64,000 nt of DNA from an uncultured Chloroflexia bacterium (GTDB lineage Bacteria; Chloroflexota; Limnocylindria; Limnocylindrales; CSP1-4), in the NCBI GenBank assembly GCA_963778155.1, contig CAVZTK010000021.1, positions 351 through 64,350 on the forward strand, read 5' to 3'. A program made the position numbers and the translations under genes. Of this stretch, positions 20,656 through 29,419 are shown in pieces. The notes beneath the pieces are model-generated. The model was given only the letters and a program-made list of their open reading frames with translations, did not search any database and was not told where the DNA came from. How positions within the stretch are numbered: the stretch's first letter is position 1; the number at the start of each line of letters is the position of its first letter.

Positions 20656-21599
20656 CAGGGCGACGTCAGCGGTGTGGTCGGGGGCACGCCCGTCGATGCG
20701 GCCGATGGTGCGGCGCCGGCCGGGGCAGATGTCGGTCCGGCCGCCGAACGCGCCCGGCGGCGGAGGTACCAGACCTCGACCGCGGCCACGATGGCACCGA
20801 CCGCGGGCGCTCCCTGGACCGGCATGGCCATGATGGCAGCGGTGATCGGCGTGAGCGCCGGCATGGCCATCAGCGAGTAATACCACTGGGTCGCCGGCCA
20901 CAGCGCCGGGACCGCCCACCACGACGCCCGCTCGCGACCCATGACGAACATGGCGATCACGGCGAATGGCACGAGCACCGGGAAGAACCAGGCGCTCATC
21001 CCGCCCTTGGACTGGTCGGTCAGGAAGCCGGTGGTCGTGGCGAGATGGTCGAGGAACGAACCCCACGGCAGGATGGGCAGCGTCACGAGACCGACAAGCG
21101 CGGTCAGGGCGAGCGTCTTCCAGCGCCACTGGATGATCAGCGGCACCACAGCGTAGGCCTTGACGATCGGGGCGAGGAAGGCGGCCGATCCGAGCAGCAG
21201 GGGCACGAGGAAGATCTGTGGGTTGCCGTTCCAGAGGTTGTCGACGAGTGGCGGCCAGGCGATCCACCACCATGGCAGACCGAGCTTGCGCAGCGCCCAG
21301 AACGAGACGCCGATCCCGAGCGCGGTCAGCAGGACCACGGCGACGGCCTCGGGGAGCAGCGCGAACGGCGCCATGAGCAGCAGTGACGGTGGAAGGGCCG
21401 CGTAGTGCAGCGTCCCCATGTGGACCAGCCACGGATCCTGGCCGTCCAGCCACGCCGCCGAGCCGCGCAGATAGAGCCGCAGATCGGTCGCCGGCTCGCC
21501 GGTCGCGAGGAACAGCACGCGCATGGTCGAGATCGTCACGAACCAGGCGGCCAGTGCGACGTTGGCCACGACGTTCCAGCGGATCGACGAGCCCGACAT
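20655..21599 (-). CDS. Short GT87/DUF2029-like membrane protein (314 aa)
   Basis: ATG 21599 lies inside track ORF 20655..22787. Sequence features: MSGSSIRWNVVANVALAAWFV, DLRLYLRGSAAWLDGQDPW, HYAALPPSLLLMAPFALLP, NGNPQIFLVPLLLGSAAFLAPIVKAY. Confidence 0.55.
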   Translation of the reverse strand: MSGSSIRWNVVANVALAAWFVTISTMRVLFLATGEPATDLRLYLRGSAAWLDGQDPWLVHMGTLHYAALPPSLLLMAPFALLPEAVAVVLLTALGIGVSFWALRKLGLPWWWIAWPPLVDNLWNGNPQIFLVPLLLGSAAFLAPIVKAYAVVPLIIQWRWKTLALTALVGLVTLPILPWGSFLDHLATTTGFLTDQSKGGMSAWFFPVLVPFAVIAMFVMGRERASWWAVPALWPATQWYYSLMAMPALTPITAAIMAMPVQGAPAVGAIVAAVEVWYLRRRARSAAGPTSAPAGAAPSAASTGVPPTTPLTSP

Positions 21600-21604
21600 G
21601 CCGG

Positions 21605-22642
21605 TCAGTGTTGCGCCTGCAGCGGCGCGGCCGCAATGGCGGACTGCGCGGTCGTCGCGGGCCTCGGAATAGGGTCGGCGAACGGCGCGAGGACCCCAAG
21701 GAGCGTCACGAAGCCCGACAGATAGAGGGCCGGGGTCCCGGCCACCGCGAAGACGACCGCGACGACGAACGACCACCGCGGCCACCGGCCGAGCGCGGCG
21801 GCCAGGACCGTCCCGATCACCAACGCCGCGTTCGATGCCCACGGCAGGCCGAGCTGCGAGGCCAGGCTCCAGCTCGAGGGATTGATCGTGCGGGCAAGGC
21901 CGATGTAGTCGGCGAAGGGCTGGATGCCGATGGACAGCAGGCAGACCCCGAGGATCGCGCCGACGGTCAACGCTGCCGCGACAAGTCCGCGCCACTGTCT
22001 CGTCCCGACCATCCAGCCGAAGAGCGTCGCCGGTGCGAGCTTGAGCGAGGCCATCAGCGCGACTGCGACCCCGGCATATGGATGGTCGCGGAAGCGCCAC
22101 GCCACGACGAGCAGGGCGGGGAAGAACGCCGCCACGTTGCCGGCTGCCAGCTGCTCGCCGATCGCGGGCGCGAGTGCCGTCGCGACCAGGCAGCCGGCGA
22201 GACCCGTTCGGTAGACGAGATAGAAGGTCGTGCCGAGGACCGCACACCAGACCGCGATCATCCACAGGGCGAACCCGAACGGGACGGCGGCCAGGGGTTG
22301 CCAGAGCACGGCGACCGGCGGCGGCGACAAGAGCGGGGCGTCGGAGATGCCCGGCAGCGTCAGGACCGGGCGGTCGCCCGGGCCGAGCCTGTAGAGGTTC
22401 GAACCGTGATCGAGACGCTCTCCGGCGGCGAGGTAGGTGATCGCGTCCTGGAACGGCTTGGCCGGCGTGCTGGGCTCGGACATCACCTCGATGTACCGGG
22501 CGGCCACGAACAGCCCGAGCAGGCAGGGGATGAGTGCGATGAGTACCCGTCGGCGTCGATCGACGCGCATGCCAGACGCAGCGTGCTCCTCTGTGCGATG
22601 CGGCATGGTAGTCGATGCAGTCCGCTCCACGGCGCGTACCAT
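21605..22642 (-). CDS. GT87/DUF2029-type GT-C membrane glycosyltransferase; the true start may be ATG 22570 (MRVDRRRRVLIAL)
   Basis: Track ORF 21605..22642. Motifs: FQDAITYLAAGERLDHGSNLYRLGPGDRPV, PLLSPPPVAVLWQPLA, GVAVALMASLKLAPATLFGWMVGTRQWR. Close paralog of 26414..27418. Confidence 0.65.
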   Translation of the reverse strand: MVRAVERTASTTMPHRTEEHAASGMRVDRRRRVLIALIPCLLGLFVAARYIEVMSEPSTPAKPFQDAITYLAAGERLDHGSNLYRLGPGDRPVLTLPGISDAPLLSPPPVAVLWQPLAAVPFGFALWMIAVWCAVLGTTFYLVYRTGLAGCLVATALAPAIGEQLAAGNVAAFFPALLVVAWRFRDHPYAGVAVALMASLKLAPATLFGWMVGTRQWRGLVAAALTVGAILGVCLLSIGIQPFADYIGLARTINPSSWSLASQLGLPWASNAALVIGTVLAAALGRWPRWSFVVAVVFAVAGTPALYLSGFVTLLGVLAPFADPIPRPATTAQSAIAAAPLQAQH

Positions 22643-22672
22643 GCCAGCATCCGGCCGCCCAAGGGACCGGAC

Positions 22673-23503
22673 GTGAGTACTTTCGGAGAGTTACCTTCTG
22701 ACACCCGTGCTCCGTACCGTTGGATCGATGAGCCGGTCGGCCGCCCTCACTGCTTGGACAGAAACGCTTTGACAGAGACGCGATCAACCACGGAGCCGCT
22801 CGTGGCGGTCATCATCCCGGCACTCAACGAGGTCGGGAAGATCGGTCGCGTCCTCGACAAGCTGCCGCGCGACGGCCGCTTCGAGGCGATCGTGGTCGAC
22901 GACGGCTCGACCGACGGGACCGGCGACGAGGCCCGGGCGCACGGCGCGGCCGTCGTCGTCCGGCACGAGGAACGTGGCGGCGTCGGGGCGGCGATCCGCG
23001 ATGGCTGGGCCGTGGGCCTGGCACGCAAGCGGCCGTACCTGGCGCTGCTGTCCGGTGACGACCAGCACGATCCCTCGCAGCTGGTCACGGCATTCGATCG
23101 ACTGCTGAGCGCCGACGCCGACTACGTGCAGGGGTCCCGCTGGATCAAGGGCGGTCGCGTGGTCGGGCGGACCGGTGGCCGCGGTCCGAGCACGCGGGTC
23201 TACTCGATCGTGTTCAGCGTCCTCGCGGGCCGCCACGTCACCGATGCCACCAACGGCTTCCGGGTCTTCAAGTCGTCGATGCTGACCGATCCGCGGATCC
23301 GGCTCGACCAGAGCTGGCTGACGAGCTACGACCTCGAGCCGTACCTGCTGTTCAAGGCGATCCGCTGTGGCTACAAGGTGATCGAGCACCCGGTCACCGT
23401 CGTCTACCACTCCACGGAGGGCTACACCAAGATGCGCGGGATCCGCGATTGGTGGCGGCTGTTCCGCCCGGCCATCTTCCTGCGGACGGGAGTGAAGCGA
23501 TGA
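22673..23503 (+). CDS. GT2 glycosyltransferase (DPM1-like polyprenyl-phosphate sugar synthase class); start uncertain (GTG 22673, TTG 22754 or TTG 22769)
   Basis: C-terminal part of track ORF 21383..23503. Motifs: VAVIIPALNEVGKIGRVLDKL, EAIVVDDGSTDGTGDEA, LALLSGDDQHDP, VTDATNGFRVFKSSML, YDLEPYLLFKAIRCGYKVIEHPVTVVYH. Confidence 0.75.
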   Translation: MSTFGELPSDTRAPYRWIDEPVGRPHCLDRNALTETRSTTEPLVAVIIPALNEVGKIGRVLDKLPRDGRFEAIVVDDGSTDGTGDEARAHGAAVVVRHEERGGVGAAIRDGWAVGLARKRPYLALLSGDDQHDPSQLVTAFDRLLSADADYVQGSRWIKGGRVVGRTGGRGPSTRVYSIVFSVLAGRHVTDATNGFRVFKSSMLTDPRIRLDQSWLTSYDLEPYLLFKAIRCGYKVIEHPVTVVYHSTEGYTKMRGIRDWWRLFRPAIFLRTGVKR

Positions 23504-24486
23504 TCCAGCCGGAGCGCTCGTTCGGCGGACGCCGGATCCTGGTCACCGGCGGCGCCGGCTTCGTCGGCGGGGCTGTCACCCGCCGGCTGGTCGAGGCGGG
23601 CGCCAAGGTCACCGTCCTCGATGACCTGTTCACCGGTCGAGCCGAGACGATCCCGACGGGCGCCGAGTTCGTGCAGGGATCGGTGACCGACGCCGACCTC
23701 GTGGACCGTCTGGTCGCCGAGAACGGGCTCATCTTCCACCTCGCCGCGCGCAACATCGCGGCCTCGACCAAGAACCCGCGTGACGACTTCGCGACCAACA
23801 TCGGCGGCACGCTGAACATCCTGCTGGCCGCCCGCAAGACGCGAGTCGACCGGATCGTCTACAGCTCGTCGGCGTCGATCTACGGCAACCCGCGCTCGAT
23901 CCCGATCAACGAGGACGACCAGATCGTGCCGCTGTCGCCCTACGCGGTCAGCAAGCTCGGTGGCGAGCACTACTGCTTCGCCTTCTACGAGAGCTTCGGG
24001 CTGCCGACCGCGTGCGTCCGCTACTCGAACGTGTACGGCCCCGGGCAGCGCCCGGACAACCCGTACTGCGGGGTCGTCTCGAAGTTCCTCGTCGACATCC
24101 ACGCCGGTCGCCCGGCCTCGATCCACGGCGACGGCGAGCAGACCCGCGACTACACCTACATCGATGACGCCGTCGAGGCGACGCTGCTGGCGGCGATCCA
24201 CCCCCGCGCCGAAGGTGAGACGTTCAACGTCGGGACCGGGATCGAGACATCCGTGAACGACCTCGCTCGCGAGATCGGCGTCGCGCTGGACCGGGACGTC
24301 GACATCGTCCACATCGACCGGCGCGATATCGACAACATCCGGCGACGCGTGGTCAACATCGAGAAGGCCCGCCGGATGCTGCGCTGGACCCCGCAGGTCA
24401 CGATGGAGACGGGTCTGGCCGCCACGGCGGCGTGGTTCCTCGCGTCGCCGTTCGTGGACGAGGTCCGCGAAGGCGCGTCGGTCTGA
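23500..24486 (+). CDS. NAD-dependent epimerase/dehydratase (extended SDR; UDP-sugar 4-epimerase / decarboxylase-like), intact
   Basis: ATG 23500 in track ORF 23449..24486 forms an ATGA overlap. Motifs: RILVTGGAGFVGGAVTRRLVEAGAKVTVLDDLFTG, IVYSSSASIYG, SPYAVSKLGGEHYC (YxxxK). Confidence 0.85.
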   Translation: MIQPERSFGGRRILVTGGAGFVGGAVTRRLVEAGAKVTVLDDLFTGRAETIPTGAEFVQGSVTDADLVDRLVAENGLIFHLAARNIAASTKNPRDDFATNIGGTLNILLAARKTRVDRIVYSSSASIYGNPRSIPINEDDQIVPLSPYAVSKLGGEHYCFAFYESFGLPTACVRYSNVYGPGQRPDNPYCGVVSKFLVDIHAGRPASIHGDGEQTRDYTYIDDAVEATLLAAIHPRAEGETFNVGTGIETSVNDLAREIGVALDRDVDIVHIDRRDIDNIRRRVVNIEKARRMLRWTPQVTMETGLAATAAWFLASPFVDEVREGASV

Positions 24487-24495
24487 TCCGGCCGG

Positions 24496-25435
24496 TCAGG
24501 CGAGGGTCGCCGCCGGCGGCCGCGACTCCGGCAGAGGGATCGCGAGCGTCGGCGACCCACCCTGCCGGCGGGCGTCGGCGCGGTCCCGCCACCACACGAT
24601 GAACGGGATCGGCGCGTAGATGAGGCTGCCCCAGTAGAGCGCGGGGATGGCGACGATGGCGGCGGCGGCACGGCTCCACGGACGCCGGACGGCGAGCAGG
24701 CCGCAGGCGACGATCAGCCGGACCGGGAACGGCACCGGGATCATCGGCCCGATGTCACGACCGTAGGCGTCGACCAACAGCCGGACCCACTCGACCCACA
24801 GGCCGGCCCATGGCAGCGTGATCAGCACGAGGGCGGCGAACGCCACCGCGAACTGACGCCAGTGGCGGGGGTCGAGCGCGAGGACCGGAGACAGCTTGGC
24901 CAGCGTGGCGATCGCGAGCGGCCAGACCGGTCCCTCGCGCACCGCCGAGGACGATGGCCGCGCCGATCAGCAGATTGATGTTTCCACCGCCGACCTCGAG
25001 CGCCACGATCGGCCAGGCGCCGAGCACCAGGGCGCTCCACCAGGCGCCGGTGATGATCCGAGCAGCGGCCAGGTCCGCGACGACCATCACCCCGTGGAGC
25101 ATCGGCAGCGGCAGCCACGTGACTGCGGCCAGGAGCAGGGCGACCGGCGGCGCGTAGTAGAAGTTGTCCCACAGTGGGTCGCGACCGTAGACGACACCGC
25201 CGTCGCGCAGGGCATCCCCGGCCCTGTCGTAGATCAGCCGCAGGTCCGAGCCGACGTCCCAGCCGCTCAGGGTCCGGTAGTAGAAGATCGTCAGGAAGAT
25301 GACGACACCGATCACCGCGGCGGCGAACTGCCAGTGGCCCGGCATCCGTCGCGTGACGTCGGCCCTGGACGGGAGGCGGCGCCGCCAGCCGGCAGATGCG
25401 TCGCCCAGATCCGCGATCCCCGCTACCTGGGTCAT
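24496..25435 (-). CDS. GT87/DUF2029-like membrane glycosyltransferase, one frame break near 24945
   Basis: The N-terminal part starts at ATG 25435 in track ORF 24755..26383. It reads MTQVAGIADL...FAAAVIGVVIFLTIFYY, DLRLIYDRAGDALRDGGVVYG, FYYAPPVALLLAAVTWLP, GGGNINLLIGAAIVLG. The C-terminal part is ORF 24496..24942 (PLAIATLAKLSPVLAL). Confidence 0.6.
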
Positions 25436-26383
25436 GGCTGGGCGAACCCGTCCTCGCGGTCTCCGGCTGTGTCGGAGACGGCCAAGATGGAGGTCAGGCA
25501 GCGACCAGCTGCGCGCCGGGCGGTCGATGACGCCGATGAGCGGCAGGGCGGCCATCCAGATCGAGAGGGCCGAGGACTGGTAGAGGGCGAGGGCCGCCCA
25601 GCCGGCCGCGATCGGGACCGTCCAGAGTCGCCCGGTCCGGCCGCCCCAGATGAGCAGCGCGACCGACATCACGATCCGGACCGGCAGCGGCACCGGCACC
25701 AGCGGGACCGGCGACGGCGCCCCGGCGTTGCCCTGGGCGAAGGCGATGAAGTCGGCCCACGCCCCCGGTGCCAGGATCACCGAGACGGCGAGCAGGGCCG
25801 CGGTCGTCCCGATCGAGATGGCCAGGTTGCGCCACTCTGCTCGTGCGGCGAACCAGAGGATGCCGATCCCGGGGCCGATCTTCGACAGGAAGACGACGGC
25901 CCACGCCGCCGGCCAGCGCAGGCCGAGGACGATCGCGGCGGCGACGATGGTCTGCGGATTGCCGATGCCGGCCAGCGCGACCGGGTTCGCCAGGGGGTTG
26001 TCGAACCCGGTGGCGTTGATCGCGACGATGCCGATGGCCAGGATCGGCAGGCTCCACCAGCGCGTGGCAACCCAGAAGGCGACCCAGACGAGGGTCATCC
26101 AGACGACGATGAACGGCGCCCAATCGAGCGTGCCGAGGATCTGCCCGAGCGGCGGCGGGTAGATGTAGAACGAGTCGAGGTTCGCGCCCCACGTCGTGCC
26201 GTAGTAGTGGACTGCATGGCCGGCGCGCCAGTAGAGGTCGGCGTCGATGGGGCGTGCCGCAGTCGTCGCGAACCCGAGACCGAGCGCGAGGCCGATGACG
26301 AGGAAGACGACGAACCCAGCACGATCCAGCGCTCGTCGCAACGTGAGCGATCGGGTGGCTCGCTGGATCCCAGCCATCGGCAA
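25432..26383 (-). CDS. GT87/DUF2029-like membrane glycosyltransferase; 3' end inferred (probable frame break near 25500, or a true fusion with the next gene)
   Basis: N-terminal 300 aa of track ORF 24755..26383: DADLYWRAGHAVHYYG, FYIYPPPLGQILGTLDW, GNPQTIVAAAIVLGLRWPAAWAVVFLSKIGPGIG. There is no in-frame stop before the next gene. An alternative frame ends at TGA 25432-25434, which would form an ATGA junction with ATG 25435. Confidence 0.55.
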
Positions 26384-26413
26384 ACCTTAGCCCAGCCGTG
26401 ACACGGCTCGAGG

Positions 26414-27418
26414 TCAGCCCACAGTACCAGTGGCCATGATCCCTTCGGCCGGGGCCGCGGAGGAGATCGGGTGTTCGTCGGCGACGGGCCAGGCGAGCGG
26501 GGCCATCGCGGCCAGAAGCAGGGTGAACCAGTTCACGTTCACCACCGGGGAGCCGGCCAGCATCGTCACCACAGCAACGAACCAGGCGAGACCCGGGCGG
26601 TTCCGGAGCACAGCGATGAGGACCACCCCGATGATCAGGCTCGCGATCGGAAGCAGCGTGGCGATGTCGTCCGGGACGCCGATGAACCGGGCCATGCCGG
26701 CCAGGCTGAGGGCACTCGTCCGGCCGCTCGATGTCCCGGCGATGATCCTGAGGTACTCGACATGCGCGTCCAGACCGGCCCCGATCACGCTCACGGCCAG
26801 GACCGCGAGACCGGTGATGACGAACGCCCGCACCGCCGTCCAGCGCCGCTGCGTGACCAGCCACCAGGCGAGGATGGCCGGGGTCACCTTGAGCGCGGTC
26901 GACAGCGCGAGCAAGGCGCCTGCGGCGGTGTCCCGGCGCCGGCTCAGGAGGTACCAGGCGGCCGTGATGGCCGCGACGATCAGCGCGTTGAGGTTGCCCA
27001 CCCCGATCTCGTACACGATCGGGATGCACAGGACCAGCATCGCCAGTCCGATGATCACGGGCCGTCGCCGCAGCAGGGCCACGCCCGTCGCGACCAGGGC
27101 GACGATGCAGCAGATCCACCAGACATAGGCTCCGGCGTCGCCGAGCAGGGCGAGCGGCCGGAAGACGACCGCGATCGGCGGCGGTGAGAGCAACGGGACC
27201 GTCCAGTACGGCGGGTTGAGGTCGACCGGTCGATCGCCAGGCGACAGGGCGTAGAGCGGATGACCGGCATTCAGGCGCTCGCCGGCCGCCAGGTAGGTGA
27301 ACGCGTCGCCCGGCACCAGCCCGCGATCGAAGTAGCGGATGAGGATCGCGGCGATCACGCCCACCGCGATGGCCGGGATCGCGATCCGCCAGATCGAGCG
27401 GGCGTCCATGGCGCGCAT
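26414..27418 (-). CDS. GT87/DUF2029-type GT-C membrane glycosyltransferase (intact, 334 aa)
   Basis: ATG 27418 lies inside track ORF 26414..28261. Motifs: MRAMDARSIWRIAIPAIAVGVIAAILI, GDAFTYLAAGERLNAGHPLYALSPGDRPV, PLLSPPPIAVVFRPLA, GNLNALIVAAITAAWYL, LLALSTALKVTPAILAWWLVTQRRW. Confidence 0.65.
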   Translation of the reverse strand: MRAMDARSIWRIAIPAIAVGVIAAILIRYFDRGLVPGDAFTYLAAGERLNAGHPLYALSPGDRPVDLNPPYWTVPLLSPPPIAVVFRPLALLGDAGAYVWWICCIVALVATGVALLRRRPVIIGLAMLVLCIPIVYEIGVGNLNALIVAAITAAWYLLSRRRDTAAGALLALSTALKVTPAILAWWLVTQRRWTAVRAFVITGLAVLAVSVIGAGLDAHVEYLRIIAGTSSGRTSALSLAGMARFIGVPDDIATLLPIASLIIGVVLIAVLRNRPGLAWFVAVVTMLAGSPVVNVNWFTLLLAAMAPLAWPVADEHPISSAAPAEGIMATGTVG

Positions 27419-27426
27419 CGTACCGG

Positions 27427-28341
27427 TCACGTCACGCGGGGAAGGCGATCGGTCATGTCGTCTCGCTCGGTGCCGGGACGTCGGCAAGGCGGGGCGCCCC
27501 CTCCTCCCGGCCGTGGCGTGGCCGTGGCCGCCGGCCGCCTTCCCAGCCAGGCCACGACCGGCGCGAGGGCGAGCGGGACGTCGAGCAGGGAGTAGGACAG
27601 CGGCACGTTCGAGTTCCGGAGAACGGTCACGTAGTCGAGCCAGAGCGCGCCGAAGGGGATGCACAGCAGGACGAACACGAGGAGCGTCCGATTCCAGCCG
27701 CGTGACCCGATCCCGATCAGGGCGAATGGGAAGAGCGACGGCTTGATCAGCACCAACGGCCCGGGCCAGCGCCACATGACAGCGGCTGCGATCGCGGCCA
27801 CGACCCACATGCCCGGGTTGCCGTACAGGATCAGCGCCGGCGTCCGCGGCCACATCGCGATGAATGCGAGCAGCGGCCAGGTCCACGGCGCCGGTCGGAG
27901 GGCGATCAACACCCAGACGATGATCACCAGCGGGATCGCCCACCACAGGACTGCCGGCAGGACGGTGAACGGGACGAGCAGCCAGAGGATGACCGGCGGG
28001 TACAGCGGGTCGCCATCCATCACGGTCGTCGGACCGGCGAGCTGGCGGGGCAGGTAGAACTGCCCGGTGTGCAGCCAGCGTTCGGTGTGGTCGAGGTACT
28101 GGCGGAAGTCCACGCCGATCCCGTCGTGAGCGATCACGATCGTGGTCAGGATGATCGTCCACGCCACCGCGATCAGCAGGACCGCGCCGGTCGTGCTGAG
28201 GACGATCAGCCGGCCCGGCGCGGAGTCGAGGATCGTCGGCCTCGCCCAGGGTCTCGGCCACAGGCGCCGGAGGGCGAGGGGAACGCCTCGGAGCCCGGTC
28301 TCAGACGCGGCCGGACGCCCAGTACCGCTCTGCGGCTCCAT
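27427..28341 (-). CDS. Short GT87/DUF2029-like membrane protein (304 aa)
   Basis: Track ORF 27427..28341. Motifs: GIGVDFRQYLDHTERWLHTGQFY, GDPLYPPVILWLLVPFTVLP, GNPGMWVVAAIAAAVMWRWPGPLVLIKPSLFPF. Confidence 0.55.
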   Translation of the reverse strand: MEPQSGTGRPAASETGLRGVPLALRRLWPRPWARPTILDSAPGRLIVLSTTGAVLLIAVAWTIILTTIVIAHDGIGVDFRQYLDHTERWLHTGQFYLPRQLAGPTTVMDGDPLYPPVILWLLVPFTVLPAVLWWAIPLVIIVWVLIALRPAPWTWPLLAFIAMWPRTPALILYGNPGMWVVAAIAAAVMWRWPGPLVLIKPSLFPFALIGIGSRGWNRTLLVFVLLCIPFGALWLDYVTVLRNSNVPLSYSLLDVPLALAPVVAWLGRRPAATATPRPGGGGAPPCRRPGTERDDMTDRLPRVT

Positions 28342-29379
28342 CGACCTCGCCGATCCCGGCGGTCATCACGCCGTGCTTCCGGACCGCGTCGGCCATCGCC
28401 CTGGTGCCGTCGAACAGACGCTCGATCTGGCTCTCGTACAGCCCGATGCCCATGATCTTGCGCTCGAGCTGGTCGGTGATGTCGGCGTACTCCGGCGAGA
28501 TGCTGACATCGGCCGGGAGCGCGCCGAGCGGGTCGGCGTCGCCCAGGTCGCCGAGGCCACGGAAGTCGTTCCACCAGGCGTACGGGAAGTCCTCGTAGAA
28601 CGCGATGATCCCGGCGTAGTCGGGCCCCGGCATCACCCAGCGGCGGCCTTCCTGGAGGAGGCGGACGCCGACCTCGCGGCACAGCTGGTGGTCGACGTGA
28701 CCGCCGACACCGAGCGGGAAATAGACCTTCTGGGGCTCGAGCCGCGCGATCTCCTGGCGGAGCATGTCGTACGGCGCGTCGTCGTCGGCGCGCGGCATCC
28801 CGAGCAGCTCGTCGTCGCCCTCGTAGCCCCGGAAGACGGCGTCGGGCAGGTCGAGGAAGACGATCGACGCCTCGGCGAAGTAGGCGTAGCGCTCGTCTTC
28901 GATCCGGCGTCGGGCCATCAGGTCCCCGGCCGCCGCCGCAGCGATGATCTCGTCGGTATAGACCGCGCCCTGGGTCGGCAGGTCGTCGACGACCGGCTGG
29001 TCGGCCAGCGACGCGTTCCGGATGCTCGCTCGGCGATACCACGACGAGCGCTGCCAGAAGCGCTTGGCGGCCTGATCGGCGTCGGATTGGGTCGCCTCGA
29101 GCTGGTCATCCGTCGCCGCCCACGCCGGCACGAGCGCGGCGGTCGGCCAGTCGGCGGCGATGTCCGATCGGTTGAACGCCTCGGTGGCCGGATACATGGC
29201 CTTCGAGCCGAAGCCGAGCGCCTCGCGCTGGTACGGGCGTCAGGCGATCGCGCCGATCCGTCCCCGGAGAAGACGGTCACGATGGTCACGGTCTGGCCGA
29301 GCTCACGCAGGCTCGCGATCAGCCCGCCGCAGGACAGTGCGACATCGTCCGGATGCGGGGCGACGAAGACGTGGGTCAT
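28301..29379 (-). CDS. PIG-L/LmbE-family N-acetyl-sugar deacetylase, one frame break near 29245
   Basis: The N-terminus MTHVFVAPHPDDVALSCGGLIASLRELGQTVTIVTVFSGDG is in the frame of ORF 28918..29499, from ATG 29379. The remainder is ORF 28301..29197 (VYFPLGVGGHVDHQLCREV, ISPEYADITDQLERKIMGIGLYESQ). Confidence 0.75.
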
Positions 29380-29419
29380 GGCGCGGCGAGTATACCGACC
29401 CGTGTACCGGGGTCGCCGG

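Noticed and set aside
24755-26383. Single 542-aa tandem GT87-GT87 fusion as given by the ORF track
   Set aside because: An alternative frame gives a stop forming an ATGA junction with ATG 25435, matching the coupling style of the locus. It is kept as two genes, with the fusion mentioned as a possibility.
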